From an uncultured Polynucleobacter sp. (GTDB lineage: Bacteria > Pseudomonadota > Gammaproteobacteria > Burkholderiales > Burkholderiaceae), in NCBI GenBank assembly GCA_937996825.1, contig CALKUJ010000337.1, forward strand, positions 1 to 52,355: a DNA stretch of 52,355 bases, read 5' to 3'. Each line of letters starts with the position of its first letter. The first letter of the stretch is position 1. A program made the position numbers and the translations under genes. Below the pieces are notes generated by a model. The model had not been told where the DNA came from, ran no database searches, and was given only the letters and a program-made list of their open reading frames with translations. Positions 40,865 to 51,238 of this stretch are shown here, piece by piece.

Positions 40865-41647
40865 TTACTCCGTCAAAAACATCACGTCACGATTAGTCGA
40901 AAGTAAATGCTGCCCACCATCAACATACAAAGTTGTACCAGTTATGGCTTTGGCCTTGGCCAAATAAATCACCGCCTCAGCAATATCATCAGGCGTTGAT
41001 GATTGCTCCAAAGGAGTCATGCTATGAGCCTTCACAAAGCCGTCCTCAGATTGATCACCTGACACCATGGTGATTCCGGGAGCCAAGCCCACTACTCGCA
41101 AATTAGGTGCAAAAGATTGCGCCAAAAGATTGGTTGCTGAATCAAGGGCTGACTTTGACAAGGTGTAAGACAAAAAGTCTGGGTTCAAGTTTTCTAATTT
41201 CTGATCAAGCAAATTGATCACCACCCCACTAGGACCACGAGAATCAGCTGTTCTTATTTTCGCGTGCTGACGGTAGAGGTCTCGGGACAAAATCAATGGG
41301 GCAGCCACATTGGTGAGCATGTGGCGATCAAGTGAAGCATAGCTAAAACTTGATGCCACATCGTATTGGAATAAAGAAGCGTTGTTCACCAAGCATGATG
41401 GCAAGCCTAACGCTTCACAACATCTACCAATCAACTGGCTGGCTTGAGATTCATCAGATAGATCTGCCTGTAAAGCAACTCCGCGCCGCCCTGTTGCCAA
41501 GATATCTTTAACGGTCTGCTCTGCGGCATCTTTGGAGTTGCCATAATGAATAGCAACATCCCAGCCATCTTTGGCCAAACCAATCGCAATAGCACGACCA
41601 ACGCGCTTGGCGGCTCCTGTAACTAGGGCAATTTTTGGGTTTTTCAT
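40865..41647 (-). CDS. Pteridine-reductase-like SDR (FolM/PTR1-like)
   Basis: TGAAKRVG, NNAS.F, LLDQK and YTLSK motifs; adjacent to folB. Confidence 0.82.
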   Translation of the reverse strand: MKNPKIALVTGAAKRVGRAIAIGLAKDGWDVAIHYGNSKDAAEQTVKDILATGRRGVALQADLSDESQASQLIGRCCEALGLPSCLVNNASLFQYDVASSFSYASLDRHMLTNVAAPLILSRDLYRQHAKIRTADSRGPSGVVINLLDQKLENLNPDFLSYTLSKSALDSATNLLAQSFAPNLRVVGLAPGITMVSGDQSEDGFVKAHSMTPLEQSSTPDDIAEAVIYLAKAKAITGTTLYVDGGQHLLSTNRDVMFLTE

Positions 41648-41690
41648 ATTTTTTGCAGCTTCACTTGTAAGAGTTGTAGACTCGCGAGGT

Positions 41691-42866
41691 ATGGATATTA
41701 ACCCTAGTATTGAAGAAGCGTCTCATAGTCAAACGCTGGCTCGTTTAATTCAAGAAGAAATTCAGGCCCAAAATGGCCAAATTTCTTTTGCTAAGTATAT
41801 GGAAATGGCCCTGTACGCGCCAGGACTAGGGTATTACGCGGCTGGCAAAAATAAGCTTGGTAGCAAGGGGGATTTCACCACAGCCCCTGAAATCAGCCCT
41901 TTATTTGGCGCAACCATTGTTCAAACCATGCTACCCGTCATTGAACACCTTCAAAACTTGAATCTACCAGTCAAAATTCTTGAATTTGGCGCCGGCACTG
42001 GTGCTCTAGCAGAATCGATTTTGACGGAACTCCAAAATCAAGATATTGAGGTTGATAGTTACAGCATTTTGGATTTATCGGCTGATTTGATTGAGCGCCA
42101 ACAATCTAGGCTTACTCAATCATTTCCCATGGTCAACTGGATCAATCAATTACCAAATAACTTCAGGGGCATTATCCTGGCCAATGAAGTCTTGGATGCC
42201 ATGCCCATTGAATTGATCACTTACCAAAATCAGCAGTGGGTATTTAAAGACGTATCTGTGGCAAAAGAATCTTCTGAAGATGCCATTAGCTTCAGACACT
42301 GCCTCGGCAAAGAAGTCCCAAAAGAAATTCTCCCTAAGTGCTTGCATCAACAATCATTCGAGAATGGCTACACCACTGAAATCAATGTAAATGCTAACGC
42401 TTGGATAAAAAGTGTCTCAGAGATTCTAGATATGGGACTGTTATTAACCATTGATTACGGATTTCCTGAGCATGAGTACTATCACTCGCAGCGTAATCAA
42501 GGAACCGTCATGGGTCACTATGCGCATCACGCCATTCAAGACCCTTTCTTTTATCCTGGACTTTGCGATCTAACAGCTCATGTTGATTGGACGAGCATTG
42601 CAAACGCTGGTATCAACTCTGGTTTATCACTCCTCGGATACACAAGCCAAGCCTCTTACCTATTGGATGCGGGCATTGGATCCTTACTATTGGAAAAGGT
42701 TGATCCATCTAACAGCGCTGAATTCATGCCTCACTCAAACGCTATTCAAAAATTATTATCAGAGGCAGAAATGGGCGAGCTGTTCAAGGTGATGTGTTTT
42801 GGCAAACAGCTGCCTTTTGAAGAGGGCGATTTGCCTGGCTTTAGATCAAGACCTAGATCTCTTTGA
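41691..42866 (+). CDS. SAM-dependent methyltransferase, MidA/NDUFAF7 family
   Basis: YM..ALY.P..GYY, GDFTTAPE, EFGAGTG, ANEVLDAMP, IDYG and DLTAHVD motifs; start ATG 41691. Confidence 0.9.
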   Translation: MDINPSIEEASHSQTLARLIQEEIQAQNGQISFAKYMEMALYAPGLGYYAAGKNKLGSKGDFTTAPEISPLFGATIVQTMLPVIEHLQNLNLPVKILEFGAGTGALAESILTELQNQDIEVDSYSILDLSADLIERQQSRLTQSFPMVNWINQLPNNFRGIILANEVLDAMPIELITYQNQQWVFKDVSVAKESSEDAISFRHCLGKEVPKEILPKCLHQQSFENGYTTEINVNANAWIKSVSEILDMGLLLTIDYGFPEHEYYHSQRNQGTVMGHYAHHAIQDPFFYPGLCDLTAHVDWTSIANAGINSGLSLLGYTSQASYLLDAGIGSLLLEKVDPSNSAEFMPHSNAIQKLLSEAEMGELFKVMCFGKQLPFEEGDLPGFRSRPRSL

Positions 42867-42872
42867 TTTTAT

Positions 42873-43973
42873 TTATATGTCCTTGATTGCTAACAATCTT
42901 CTGTCTTCAATCAATTGCTTGATCTTTGTTCCCGTTGATGAGCCTTGCTCACCAACATCTTGAACAACTTGAGCAATATCTACTTTTTTTGCCAAATCAT
43001 ATGATTTGGTCAACTGCTCTGTCGGTAGCCTTAATAGATTAGCCACCTTGATGAGCTCATCAAAGCGTTCCGGCTTTCTCCAAACATCTGTGCGATTCAA
43101 TAGATCTAATAAATTTTTAGAATCAAGTGTTGGCGAATTCAGTCCTTCTTTTAATTCACGCACCAGCACTGCGTGATCTCGACAATCCGCTGGAATGCCC
43201 CATAACATCGTCCAAGCATTGATATCTTCATTTTTTAAACTCGATAGCAATACCGCACATCGCTGCGGCAAATTAAGTTGACATTTGGCAGCCAAATCAA
43301 TATCGCTCAGCAATGAAGCATCTTTTGAATTTAATTTAGGAAAAAATAATTCGAAGACACCTATCTCACTCAATACCGCCAACATCCTAGACGGCTTCTC
43401 AGACATCAAGCCCCTAGAAATCTCTTGCCAAACTCTTTCTTTGACCAACGCATTTAGCTCGCCACTCGAATGAATTTCCTTGAGCAAGGTGAGCGTGGAT
43501 GGCTCAATTGAAAAATCAGAAAAGCGTGCAGCAAATCTTGCAATACGCAATAGTCGAACAGGATCTTCACTAAAAGCAGGGCCAATATGCCTGAACAACT
43601 TATTGCTCAGATCTTTCTGACCATCATACGGATCAATCACATCACCCACAGGCTGCCCATTAGCATCAGCTTCTTTGGCCATTGCATTGATGGTCAAATC
43701 ACGTCGCGCCAAATCTTGCTCTAGCGTCACTTCTGGATCTGCATGAAACACAAAACCTTTATAACCTGGGGCTACTTTTCGCTCAGTTCTAGCCAAAGCG
43801 TATTCGGCATGAGTCACTGGGTGTAAAAATACAGGGAAGTCTTGACCAACAGCGGTATACCCCTGAGCCAACATTTGTTCAGGGCTTGCGCCCACAACAA
43901 CATAATCAAGATCCTTTACTGGCAATCCCAGCAATTGATCTCTGATGGCGCCACCAACAACATAAATCTTCAC
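42873..43973 (-). CDS. cca: CCA tRNA nucleotidyltransferase (short form, no obvious HD domain)
   Basis: VGGAIRD...KDLD, EYALARTERK, RRDLTINA and EDPVR.LR..RF motifs. Confidence 0.93.
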   Translation of the reverse strand: MKIYVVGGAIRDQLLGLPVKDLDYVVVGASPEQMLAQGYTAVGQDFPVFLHPVTHAEYALARTERKVAPGYKGFVFHADPEVTLEQDLARRDLTINAMAKEADANGQPVGDVIDPYDGQKDLSNKLFRHIGPAFSEDPVRLLRIARFAARFSDFSIEPSTLTLLKEIHSSGELNALVKERVWQEISRGLMSEKPSRMLAVLSEIGVFELFFPKLNSKDASLLSDIDLAAKCQLNLPQRCAVLLSSLKNEDINAWTMLWGIPADCRDHAVLVRELKEGLNSPTLDSKNLLDLLNRTDVWRKPERFDELIKVANLLRLPTEQLTKSYDLAKKVDIAQVVQDVGEQGSSTGTKIKQLIEDRRLLAIKDI

Positions 43974-44887
43974 TTGAGTAAGACATCCAATGCTTGTGGG
44001 TTGATCGCAAATACTTTTTCTAGGGAATTCTCTGCCCCAGCTGGTAAGACATTGTCTTCACTCATGGAAGCCAAATTGTCTCGAGACATCAAGGTAGGCC
44101 CTGGCATCATTTCTAATAAGCCAGCTTGCAAATATGCCAATGGTTTTGGTAAAGGAATGACAATGCTCTTTCTACCGCCCACCATGCCAGCAAAGTTCAC
44201 CAATTCAGCCAAGGTGTAGACGCGAGGTCCAGCCAAATCAAATACCCTGCCAATCGTTTCTGACATTGCAATTGATTTCACAAACGCTTGGGCAACATCT
44301 GAAACATAGACAGGCTGAAATTTAACGTTTGCACCCCCCAAAGGCAAAATCGGCGCAAACTTTTGTAAAGATGCAAACAGATTGATGAATTTATCTTTTT
44401 CACCAAACACCACAGATGGTCTAAAAATCGTCCAATCTAAATCACTGGCCTTGACCAAATTCTCTGCATCACCTTTACTGCGCTGATACATCGATGCACC
44501 CGAACTATTGGCGCCCAAAGCACTCATATGAATATAGCGTTTTAAATGGGCGGCATTCATCGCAGTAATGATTTTTTTTGTCAATTCAACATGATTTTTT
44601 AAAAAGCCAGGGCCGTACGGTGACCCAGTTTTGTCATGCAAGACACCCACTAGATTAATCACCACACCATCCGGTCCTAAACGTTGGCACAAATCAGCCA
44701 ACACAGAAGGATCATGAATATTTGCTTCAATCACTTGAAGCTTCGGTAGAACCCATAACTCTTTTGCATAAGCAGCTTTACGAGTAGGTAATAAAACCGA
44801 ATGGCCAAGCGCACTCAAGCCACTGGCAATTTTTTGACCAATGAATCCACTGCCACCAATCAACAATACTTTTGCTTCATTCATCAC
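43970..44887 (-). CDS. NDUFA9-like NAD(P)-binding atypical SDR
   Basis: GGSGFIG, HMSALGA, YQRSK and RPSVVFG motifs. Confidence 0.88.
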   Translation of the reverse strand: MMNEAKVLLIGGSGFIGQKIASGLSALGHSVLLPTRKAAYAKELWVLPKLQVIEANIHDPSVLADLCQRLGPDGVVINLVGVLHDKTGSPYGPGFLKNHVELTKKIITAMNAAHLKRYIHMSALGANSSGASMYQRSKGDAENLVKASDLDWTIFRPSVVFGEKDKFINLFASLQKFAPILPLGGANVKFQPVYVSDVAQAFVKSIAMSETIGRVFDLAGPRVYTLAELVNFAGMVGGRKSIVIPLPKPLAYLQAGLLEMMPGPTLMSRDNLASMSEDNVLPAGAENSLEKVFAINPQALDVLLK

Positions 44888-46848
44888 GGCAATTCCGACA
44901 ATACAGCTGTTTTAGGAGAAACCATCCCAAGATTTTGTTTCAGAGATGGAGTTTTATTGGTAGACATGGCCGTGTAATAACTGGCGTTTGCCAAAACATT
45001 TTTGACATATCCCCTGGTTTCATTGAAGGGGATTGTTTCAGCAAAAATAGCCCCCTCTACAGTTCGAGGTAATTTCTCGCGCCACATCTTAGGTCTTCCT
45101 GGGCCAGCGTTATAAGCGGCAGAAGCCAAAGCCCATGAGCCATCCAAATCTTGTAAAACCATATTGAGATAATTACTGCCCAAGGTTAAATTAACTTTCA
45201 TGTCATCTAGTTGAGATGGCTTAAAGCTATCCATTCCGATTTTTTTTGCCACATACTTTGCAGTTGCTGGCATTACTTGCATCAAGCCAGACGCTCCAAC
45301 ATGTGAACGTGCATTCATGATGAAGCGTGACTCCTGTCGAATCAAGCCATATGCCCAATTGGTATCTAGGCCAATTGATCCTGCAATTGGCGCAAGAGAG
45401 TCTTTGAAAGGGGTTGGATAGCGCAAACTAAAGTCATGTTCTAACTTTGTTCGATCAGCCGTGTTAACAGCACGATCATACAAACCAATTCTTTTAGCGT
45501 GCTCAGCCACCGCAATCAATTGCTTATCACTGAGACCACGCAACTCCCAATTCCATTCTCTATTGCCCTCAAAACGAAGTCCCATGTCATAAAAGCGCAC
45601 GGCTCTTGCAAAAGATTTATTTGATGACATCTGCTTCACCAAACCTTCGTCCGCCACAACACGCTTAGGCACGTAAATTTTCATGCCCAGATCTTCTCTG
45701 GCCAACTGCCCATAAAAATGGTACTGATCAATCAATGCTTGCCAAGTTTCTTTTGCTAAAGACTCATCACCCAATTCTTTTTGCGCTCTGGCATACCAAT
45801 AGGTCCACGCAGGGTCACGCTTTCTGACCGATGGTGTCATGTGATCAATTGTTTCTTTGACCATGCGCCAATCACCCACGCGCAATGCAGCTCTGACTTT
45901 CCATTCTTGGGTTTCTGGTGTTAACAAATGATGATGGCCAAGCTCGTGTTGCAACTTAAATGCTTTCATCGCATTTGGATCCAATTTCTTGGCCAGATAC
46001 TGACCAACAGCTCCCCATGCAGCAACTGTGTTCTCTTTACTGGTTCGCCATGTTTTTTTATCAAAGTCTCTAAAAGCTACTTCAGGGGATTTTCTGGCAC
46101 TTCTGACAATCTCTGCCATCGGGTCAGGCACATCGAATCGATTGGCTAAAGTTTCAAAATTATTCTCTACCGCCATTCTTGAAAAAGTGGCGACTTCGTA
46201 TTTTGAAAAGCCATTGGCTTTGTAAATGGAGTTCACAAGTTCTGGGCAAGCATCGCCAAAAAAGCGCGAGTCCAACAAAATATTTTTAGTTTCAGCAGCC
46301 AACTCATTCACTGGCTCACCCTTTGTAAATCTTGACTGAAGGGCGTAACACTTCACCTGAGTGTCGTCATCCAATGCAAATTGTGCGTACTCTCGATCAA
46401 AATTAGTCCAATCTTTGCGCTTACCCAAAACCAAGAGCCAGTCATTTCTTAATCTGTCAGCCAGGGCGGTGCCGGCATACTTTTTTAAGAATTGATTAAC
46501 TGCATCATCTGCGCTTGTTTCAGCTCTTGGGGCCCCACCCTTATCAAACAAGCGGGGTTTAATTTGGAAATATGCAACGTAATCAGCAATTTCATAGTTA
46601 GATAACTTTTGGCCCAATTCTCTGGCCTTGGCAGCATCATTATTTTTTGAGGCTTCTCTTAATTCAAGAAAAATCTTATCTTCAGCAGTTAAACTAATTT
46701 CTGAAGATTTTTTCTTGGCCGCGGCTTGATTCTTTTGAGCGTTAGCAAGCTCTGCGGAAGTTGATGCAAAGGCGACAAGCACCAGACTGAGAAGTAAGTG
46801 TTTATTTATCAATTTTGTGGTTTTTCGTTGTAGCATAGCCCTAATCAT
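44884..46848 (-). CDS. slt: Soluble lytic murein transglycosylase
   Basis: IRQESRF, GLMQVMP, AAYNAGPG and ETRGYV motifs; signal peptide. Confidence 0.93.
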   Translation of the reverse strand: MIRAMLQRKTTKLINKHLLLSLVLVAFASTSAELANAQKNQAAAKKKSSEISLTAEDKIFLELREASKNNDAAKARELGQKLSNYEIADYVAYFQIKPRLFDKGGAPRAETSADDAVNQFLKKYAGTALADRLRNDWLLVLGKRKDWTNFDREYAQFALDDDTQVKCYALQSRFTKGEPVNELAAETKNILLDSRFFGDACPELVNSIYKANGFSKYEVATFSRMAVENNFETLANRFDVPDPMAEIVRSARKSPEVAFRDFDKKTWRTSKENTVAAWGAVGQYLAKKLDPNAMKAFKLQHELGHHHLLTPETQEWKVRAALRVGDWRMVKETIDHMTPSVRKRDPAWTYWYARAQKELGDESLAKETWQALIDQYHFYGQLAREDLGMKIYVPKRVVADEGLVKQMSSNKSFARAVRFYDMGLRFEGNREWNWELRGLSDKQLIAVAEHAKRIGLYDRAVNTADRTKLEHDFSLRYPTPFKDSLAPIAGSIGLDTNWAYGLIRQESRFIMNARSHVGASGLMQVMPATAKYVAKKIGMDSFKPSQLDDMKVNLTLGSNYLNMVLQDLDGSWALASAAYNAGPGRPKMWREKLPRTVEGAIFAETIPFNETRGYVKNVLANASYYTAMSTNKTPSLKQNLGMVSPKTAVLSELP

Positions 46849-46877
46849 GCCTTATTTTTTCTACTTTTGAATAGCTT

Positions 46878-47444
46878 GTGAAAACTTTAAATCATTTAAG
46901 ACAAGAATTGCTGGCCAAGAGACAAGATCTTCATCAAGATTCCAGTCTTCGTGGCGAACTTGAAATCAAAATATCTGAATTCTTAAGTGAAACTGATGCC
47001 AACTGTGTGGGTATTTATTGGCCAATCAAAAGCGAATTCGATCTTCGTCCTCTGGCACTCGATTGGTGCGCCAAAAATCCTAAGAAAAAATTGGCCCTTC
47101 CGATTGTGGAGCTCAACAAGCCTTTGATATTTGGCGAGTGGAATCAAGACACCAACCTCGTCAAAGGTCCTCAAAATATCAATGAGCCTCTGCTTGATTC
47201 ATACAGCTCCAAAATTGAGCCAGACGTGCTCATCATTCCTTGCCTTGGATGGTCCAAGCAAGATGATCAGTTTTGGCGAATTGGCTATGGCGGGGGGTAC
47301 TACGATCGAACAATTGCTGAATTTAAAAAAAATGGGCACCCACTTCAAACTGTTGGTGTGGGATACAAAGCTTTAGAAGTAAAAGAGGGCGCATGGCGCC
47401 CTCAAAGTCATGACCAAGCACTTGACTTGATGATTACTGTTTAA
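46878..47444 (+). CDS. ygfA: 5-formyltetrahydrofolate cyclo-ligase
   Basis: YWPIKSE, RIGYGGGYYDR and HD..LD motifs. Confidence 0.9.
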   Translation: MKTLNHLRQELLAKRQDLHQDSSLRGELEIKISEFLSETDANCVGIYWPIKSEFDLRPLALDWCAKNPKKKLALPIVELNKPLIFGEWNQDTNLVKGPQNINEPLLDSYSSKIEPDVLIIPCLGWSKQDDQFWRIGYGGGYYDRTIAEFKKNGHPLQTVGVGYKALEVKEGAWRPQSHDQALDLMITV

Positions 47445-48283
47445 GATTTAATCAAATCTAAATTCTTAGCAATCGCCAAAGTAGTTTCCGCCTGGTTCAA
47501 GCTGTAGAAATGTAAACCCGGAACACCGGCAACACGCAATTGATCGCACAAATCTGTGACCACATCCAAGCCAAATGACTTGATAGATGCAGCGTCATCG
47601 CCAAATGACTGCAAACGCAAACGGATCCAACGAGGAATCTCTGCGCCACAAGCATCTGAGAAACGCAATAGCTGAGTGCTGTTGGTTATTGGCATGATGC
47701 CAGGCACTATAGGCTGATCAACCCCCAGCTTGTAGGCTTCGTCCACAAATCTAAAGTAAGCATCGCTATTGAAGAAGTATTGGGTGATGGCTGAATCTGC
47801 GCCTGCCTTCATCTTATTGGCAAACATCAGAATGTCATCGCTCATTGATTTCGCCTGAGGATGCATCTCTGGATAAGCTGCTACTTCGATATGAAAATGA
47901 CTGTCAGTTTCTGAACGAATAAATCTGACCAATTCCTCAGCATGATGAAACTCTCCATATTGACCCATGCCAGAAGGCAGATCGCCACGCAAAGCCACAA
48001 TGCGACGAATACCGATATCTTTGTATTGCTTCAACAACTCACGAATCTTTTCTTTTGAACTCCCCACGCAAGAAAGATGAGGCGCGGCCTCCTGGCCTGC
48101 CTCATGGATTTCTTTGACAGTCGCTAAAGTACCGTCTTGGGTTGAGCCACCTGCACCAAACGTCACAGAAATAAATGTTGGCTTAAGCGCTGTGGATAAC
48201 TGCTCTCTAACAGAACGCAGCTTCGCAGCACCCTCTTCTGTTTTTGGTGGGAAAAACTCAAGGCTTAATTCCATGTCATTCAT
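47441..48283 (-). CDS. metF: 5,10-methylenetetrahydrofolate reductase
   Basis: SLEFFPPK, VTFGAGG, ALRGD, AYPE.HP and ITQYFF motifs. Confidence 0.97.
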   Translation of the reverse strand: MNDMELSLEFFPPKTEEGAAKLRSVREQLSTALKPTFISVTFGAGGSTQDGTLATVKEIHEAGQEAAPHLSCVGSSKEKIRELLKQYKDIGIRRIVALRGDLPSGMGQYGEFHHAEELVRFIRSETDSHFHIEVAAYPEMHPQAKSMSDDILMFANKMKAGADSAITQYFFNSDAYFRFVDEAYKLGVDQPIVPGIMPITNSTQLLRFSDACGAEIPRWIRLRLQSFGDDAASIKSFGLDVVTDLCDQLRVAGVPGLHFYSLNQAETTLAIAKNLDLIKS

Positions 48284-48297
48284 TCCTGATCACGTTT

Positions 48298-49737
48298 TTA
48301 GTAACGATATGTTTCAGGCTTATAAGGGCCTTCTTTTTTCACGTTGATGTAGTTGGCTTGCTGCTCTGTCAATTCAGTGAGTTGAGCATTGAGTTTCTTC
48401 AACTGCAAACGAGCTACTTTCTCATCAAGGTGCTTAGGCAATGTGTAAACACCCACTGGATACTTATTAGTTCCTGCAGATTGCCATAACTCGATCTGAG
48501 CAATTGTTTGGTTAGCAAATGATGAGCTCATCACGTAAGACGGGTGACCTGTACCGCAACCTAGGTTAACCAAACGTCCTTTAGCCAAAATGATGATGCG
48601 CTTTTCTGGCTGACCATTGCTAGCAGGGAAAATCACGTGGTCCACTTGTGGCTTGATCTCTTCCCACTTGTACTTCTCAACACCTGCGATATCGATTTCA
48701 TTGTCAAAGTGGCCAATGTTGCAAACGATTGCCTGGTCTTTCATTTTTGCCATATGGTCGTGAGTGATCACATGGTAGTTACCTGTGGCAGTAACAAAGA
48801 TGTCTGCCTTATCAGCGGCATAGTCCATGGTCACAACACGATAACCTTCCATTGCTGCCTGAAGCGCGCAAATCGGATCAACTTCTGTCACCCATACCTG
48901 AGCTGACAAGGCGCGCAAGGCTTGTGCTGAACCCTTACCCACGTCACCGTAACCAGCAACCACTGCCACCTTGCCGGCAATCATCACGTCTGTTGCACGC
49001 TTGATACCGTCGACCAAAGATTCACGGCAACCATACAAGTTATCGAACTTGCTCTTGGTCACTGAGTCATTCACGTTAATCGCAGGGAACTTTAATTCGC
49101 CCTTGGCATGCATTTGATACAAACGATGTACACCAGTTGTGGTTTCTTCTGTTACGCCCTTTACTTTTTCTAGACGAACTGAATACCAAGTTGGATCAAT
49201 TTTTAGTTTGGCTTTGATTGAAGCAAACAAAACAGTTTCTTCTTCACTCGTTGGGTTGTTCAAAACTGATAAATCTTTTTCAGCTTTTGTTCCCAAATGT
49301 AACAACATGGTCGCATCGCCACCATCATCCAAAATCATGTTTGAGTAACCACCGTCTTGCCATTCAAAAATACGGTGTGTGAACTCCCAGTATTGCTCAA
49401 GAGTTTCGCCTTTGATCGCGAACACTGGCGTACCGTTTGCAGCAATCGCGGCAGCAGCGTGATCTTGTGTAGAGAAAATATTGCAAGATGCCCAGCGCAC
49501 TTCCGCGCCAAGAGCTTCTAAGGTTTCAATCAAAACAGCTGTTTGGATTGTCATGTGTAAAGAGCCAGTGATGCGAGCGCCGCGCAAAGGCTGGCTAGCA
49601 GAAAACTCTTCACGAATAGCCATCAAGCCAGGCATCTCTGTTTCGGCGATGATGATTTCTTTGCGACCCCAATCAGCCAATGAAATATCAGCGATAGCGC
49701 AATCTTTAAGCACGTTTAAATCAGTAGGTTTGTTCAT
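48298..49737 (-). CDS. ahcY: S-adenosylhomocysteine hydrolase
   Basis: [22 protein letters not shown] and GRLVNLGC motifs; ATG 49737 preceded by GGAG. Confidence 0.98.
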   Translation of the reverse strand: MNKPTDLNVLKDCAIADISLADWGRKEIIIAETEMPGLMAIREEFSASQPLRGARITGSLHMTIQTAVLIETLEALGAEVRWASCNIFSTQDHAAAAIAANGTPVFAIKGETLEQYWEFTHRIFEWQDGGYSNMILDDGGDATMLLHLGTKAEKDLSVLNNPTSEEETVLFASIKAKLKIDPTWYSVRLEKVKGVTEETTTGVHRLYQMHAKGELKFPAINVNDSVTKSKFDNLYGCRESLVDGIKRATDVMIAGKVAVVAGYGDVGKGSAQALRALSAQVWVTEVDPICALQAAMEGYRVVTMDYAADKADIFVTATGNYHVITHDHMAKMKDQAIVCNIGHFDNEIDIAGVEKYKWEEIKPQVDHVIFPASNGQPEKRIIILAKGRLVNLGCGTGHPSYVMSSSFANQTIAQIELWQSAGTNKYPVGVYTLPKHLDEKVARLQLKKLNAQLTELTEQQANYINVKKEGPYKPETYRY

Positions 49738-49777
49738 ATCCACTCCAAGCTAGTAAGGAAGATCATGGAGGGCAAAT

Positions 49778-49818
49778 AAAAAAAGCCCGCCAACCAATCA
49801 CTTCACAGGTTAGCGAGC
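49778..49818 (-). terminator. Terminator expression platform of the SAH riboswitch (also follows metK)
   Basis: GCUCGCUAACC/GGUUGGCGGGC stem plus U7; the 5' arm overlaps the aptamer 3' strand. Confidence 0.8.
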
Positions 49819-49897
49819 GTCGTTGCTAAAGGCCTGGGGCCTTCCTCTAAGCCTAGGGTGTTTAAAGACTTAAACACCTCGCAACGCTCCTTAGAGA
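49813..49897 (-). ncRNA. SAH riboswitch
   Basis: Minus strand CUCUAAGGAGCGUUGCG...AGGCUUAGAG...CAACGACGCUC matches the SAH aptamer; upstream of ahcY-metF. Confidence 0.92.
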
Positions 49898-49907
49898 TTT
49901 TGCGAAA

Positions 49908-51074
49908 TTATAAACCAGCAGCGGCCCTCAAGGCTGCAGCCTTGTCTGTGGCTTCCCATGTGAACTCAGGCTCTTCACGGCCAAAGTGTCCATAGGCAGC
50001 TGTTTTACGATAGATTGGGCGCAATAAATTCAACATTTTTACGATGCCCTTTGGTCTTAAATCAAAGTGAGTGCGTACTAACTCAGCAATCTTCTCATCT
50101 GAAACCTTGCCAGTGCCGTATGTGCTGACCATCACAGACGTTGGTTGAGCAACACCAATCGCATATGAAATCTGCACCAAACACTTGCTAGCCAAACCGG
50201 CAGCCACAATGTTTTTTGCCACATAACGACCTGCATAGGCAGCTGAACGATCCACTTTTGATGGATCTTTGCCTGAGAAAGCACCGCCACCGTGAGGGGC
50301 TGCACCACCGTATGTATCAACAATGATTTTGCGACCTGTCAAACCACAATCGCCTTGTGGACCACCGATCACAAAACGACCAGTTGGGTTCACCAAGTAT
50401 TTGATTTCGCCTTTGATCAACTCTTTTGGAAGTACCGGTTTGATGATTTCTTCAACCACGGCTTCACGAAGTTTCTCCAAGGAAATATCTGGAGAGTGTT
50501 GAGTTGATAGAACAATGGTGTCAATTGAATCTGGCTTGCCATCAACATAACGCAAAGTGACTTGTGATTTTGCATCTGGGCGCAACCAATTCAAACGACC
50601 ATCACGACGCAAATCAGCTTGACGCTCAACCAAACGGTGAGACAAATGAATTGGCAAAGGCATTAATTCTGGGGTCTCATCAACCGCATAACCAAACATC
50701 AAGCCTTGATCGCCAGCGCCCTGGTCAAGACCATCATCATGGGCTTTGTCCACGCCCTGAGCAATGTCTGGACTTTGCTTGTCGTAAGCCACCAACACTG
50801 CGCAACCTTTGTAATCAATACCGTACTCAGTATTGTCGTAACCAATTTGACGAATCGTGTCGCGTGCTACATGGATGTAATCAACGTTTGCAGTGGTTGT
50901 GATCTCGCCCGCAAGGACTACCAAGCCGGTGTTGCAAAGAGTCTCTGCAGCTACACGTGCTGTTGGGTCTTGCGCCAAAATAGCATCAAGAATTGCATCA
51001 GAAATTTGGTCAGATACTTTATCTGGGTGACCTTCAGAAACTGATTCTGAGGTAAAGAAATAATTATTCGCCAT
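49908..51074 (-). CDS. metK: S-adenosylmethionine synthetase
   Basis: [19 protein letters not shown] and GGGAFSGKD motifs. Confidence 0.98.
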   Translation of the reverse strand: MANNYFFTSESVSEGHPDKVSDQISDAILDAILAQDPTARVAAETLCNTGLVVLAGEITTTANVDYIHVARDTIRQIGYDNTEYGIDYKGCAVLVAYDKQSPDIAQGVDKAHDDGLDQGAGDQGLMFGYAVDETPELMPLPIHLSHRLVERQADLRRDGRLNWLRPDAKSQVTLRYVDGKPDSIDTIVLSTQHSPDISLEKLREAVVEEIIKPVLPKELIKGEIKYLVNPTGRFVIGGPQGDCGLTGRKIIVDTYGGAAPHGGGAFSGKDPSKVDRSAAYAGRYVAKNIVAAGLASKCLVQISYAIGVAQPTSVMVSTYGTGKVSDEKIAELVRTHFDLRPKGIVKMLNLLRPIYRKTAAYGHFGREEPEFTWEATDKAAALRAAAGL

Positions 51075-51130
51075 GACTGCTCCTTAGTTAAATAAGCGAC
51101 AACACGTGCCGGATATTACTAAGTGCGGCG

Positions 51131-51184
51131 ACGCTTTAGCGGATAGTTTTGATTCGCCCCGCAAGTTGTCTTAACTCGGCGAAT
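51131..51184 (-). ncRNA. SAM-II/SAM-V-class riboswitch
   Basis: P1 UUCGCC/GGCGAA, loop GAGUU...CUUGCGG and 3' CCGCUAAAG pseudoknot arm; upstream of metK. Confidence 0.75.
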
Positions 51185-51190
51185 GACTAA

Positions 51191-51220
51191 ATTCTATAAC
51201 ATTCTCACTTTTGATGGCAA
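51191..51220 (-). promoter_or_regulatory. Sigma70 promoter for metK
   Basis: TTGCCA-N18-TAGAAT ending 7 nt upstream of riboswitch P1. Confidence 0.6.
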
Positions 51221-51238
51221 ACCTGTATATTTACCCCT

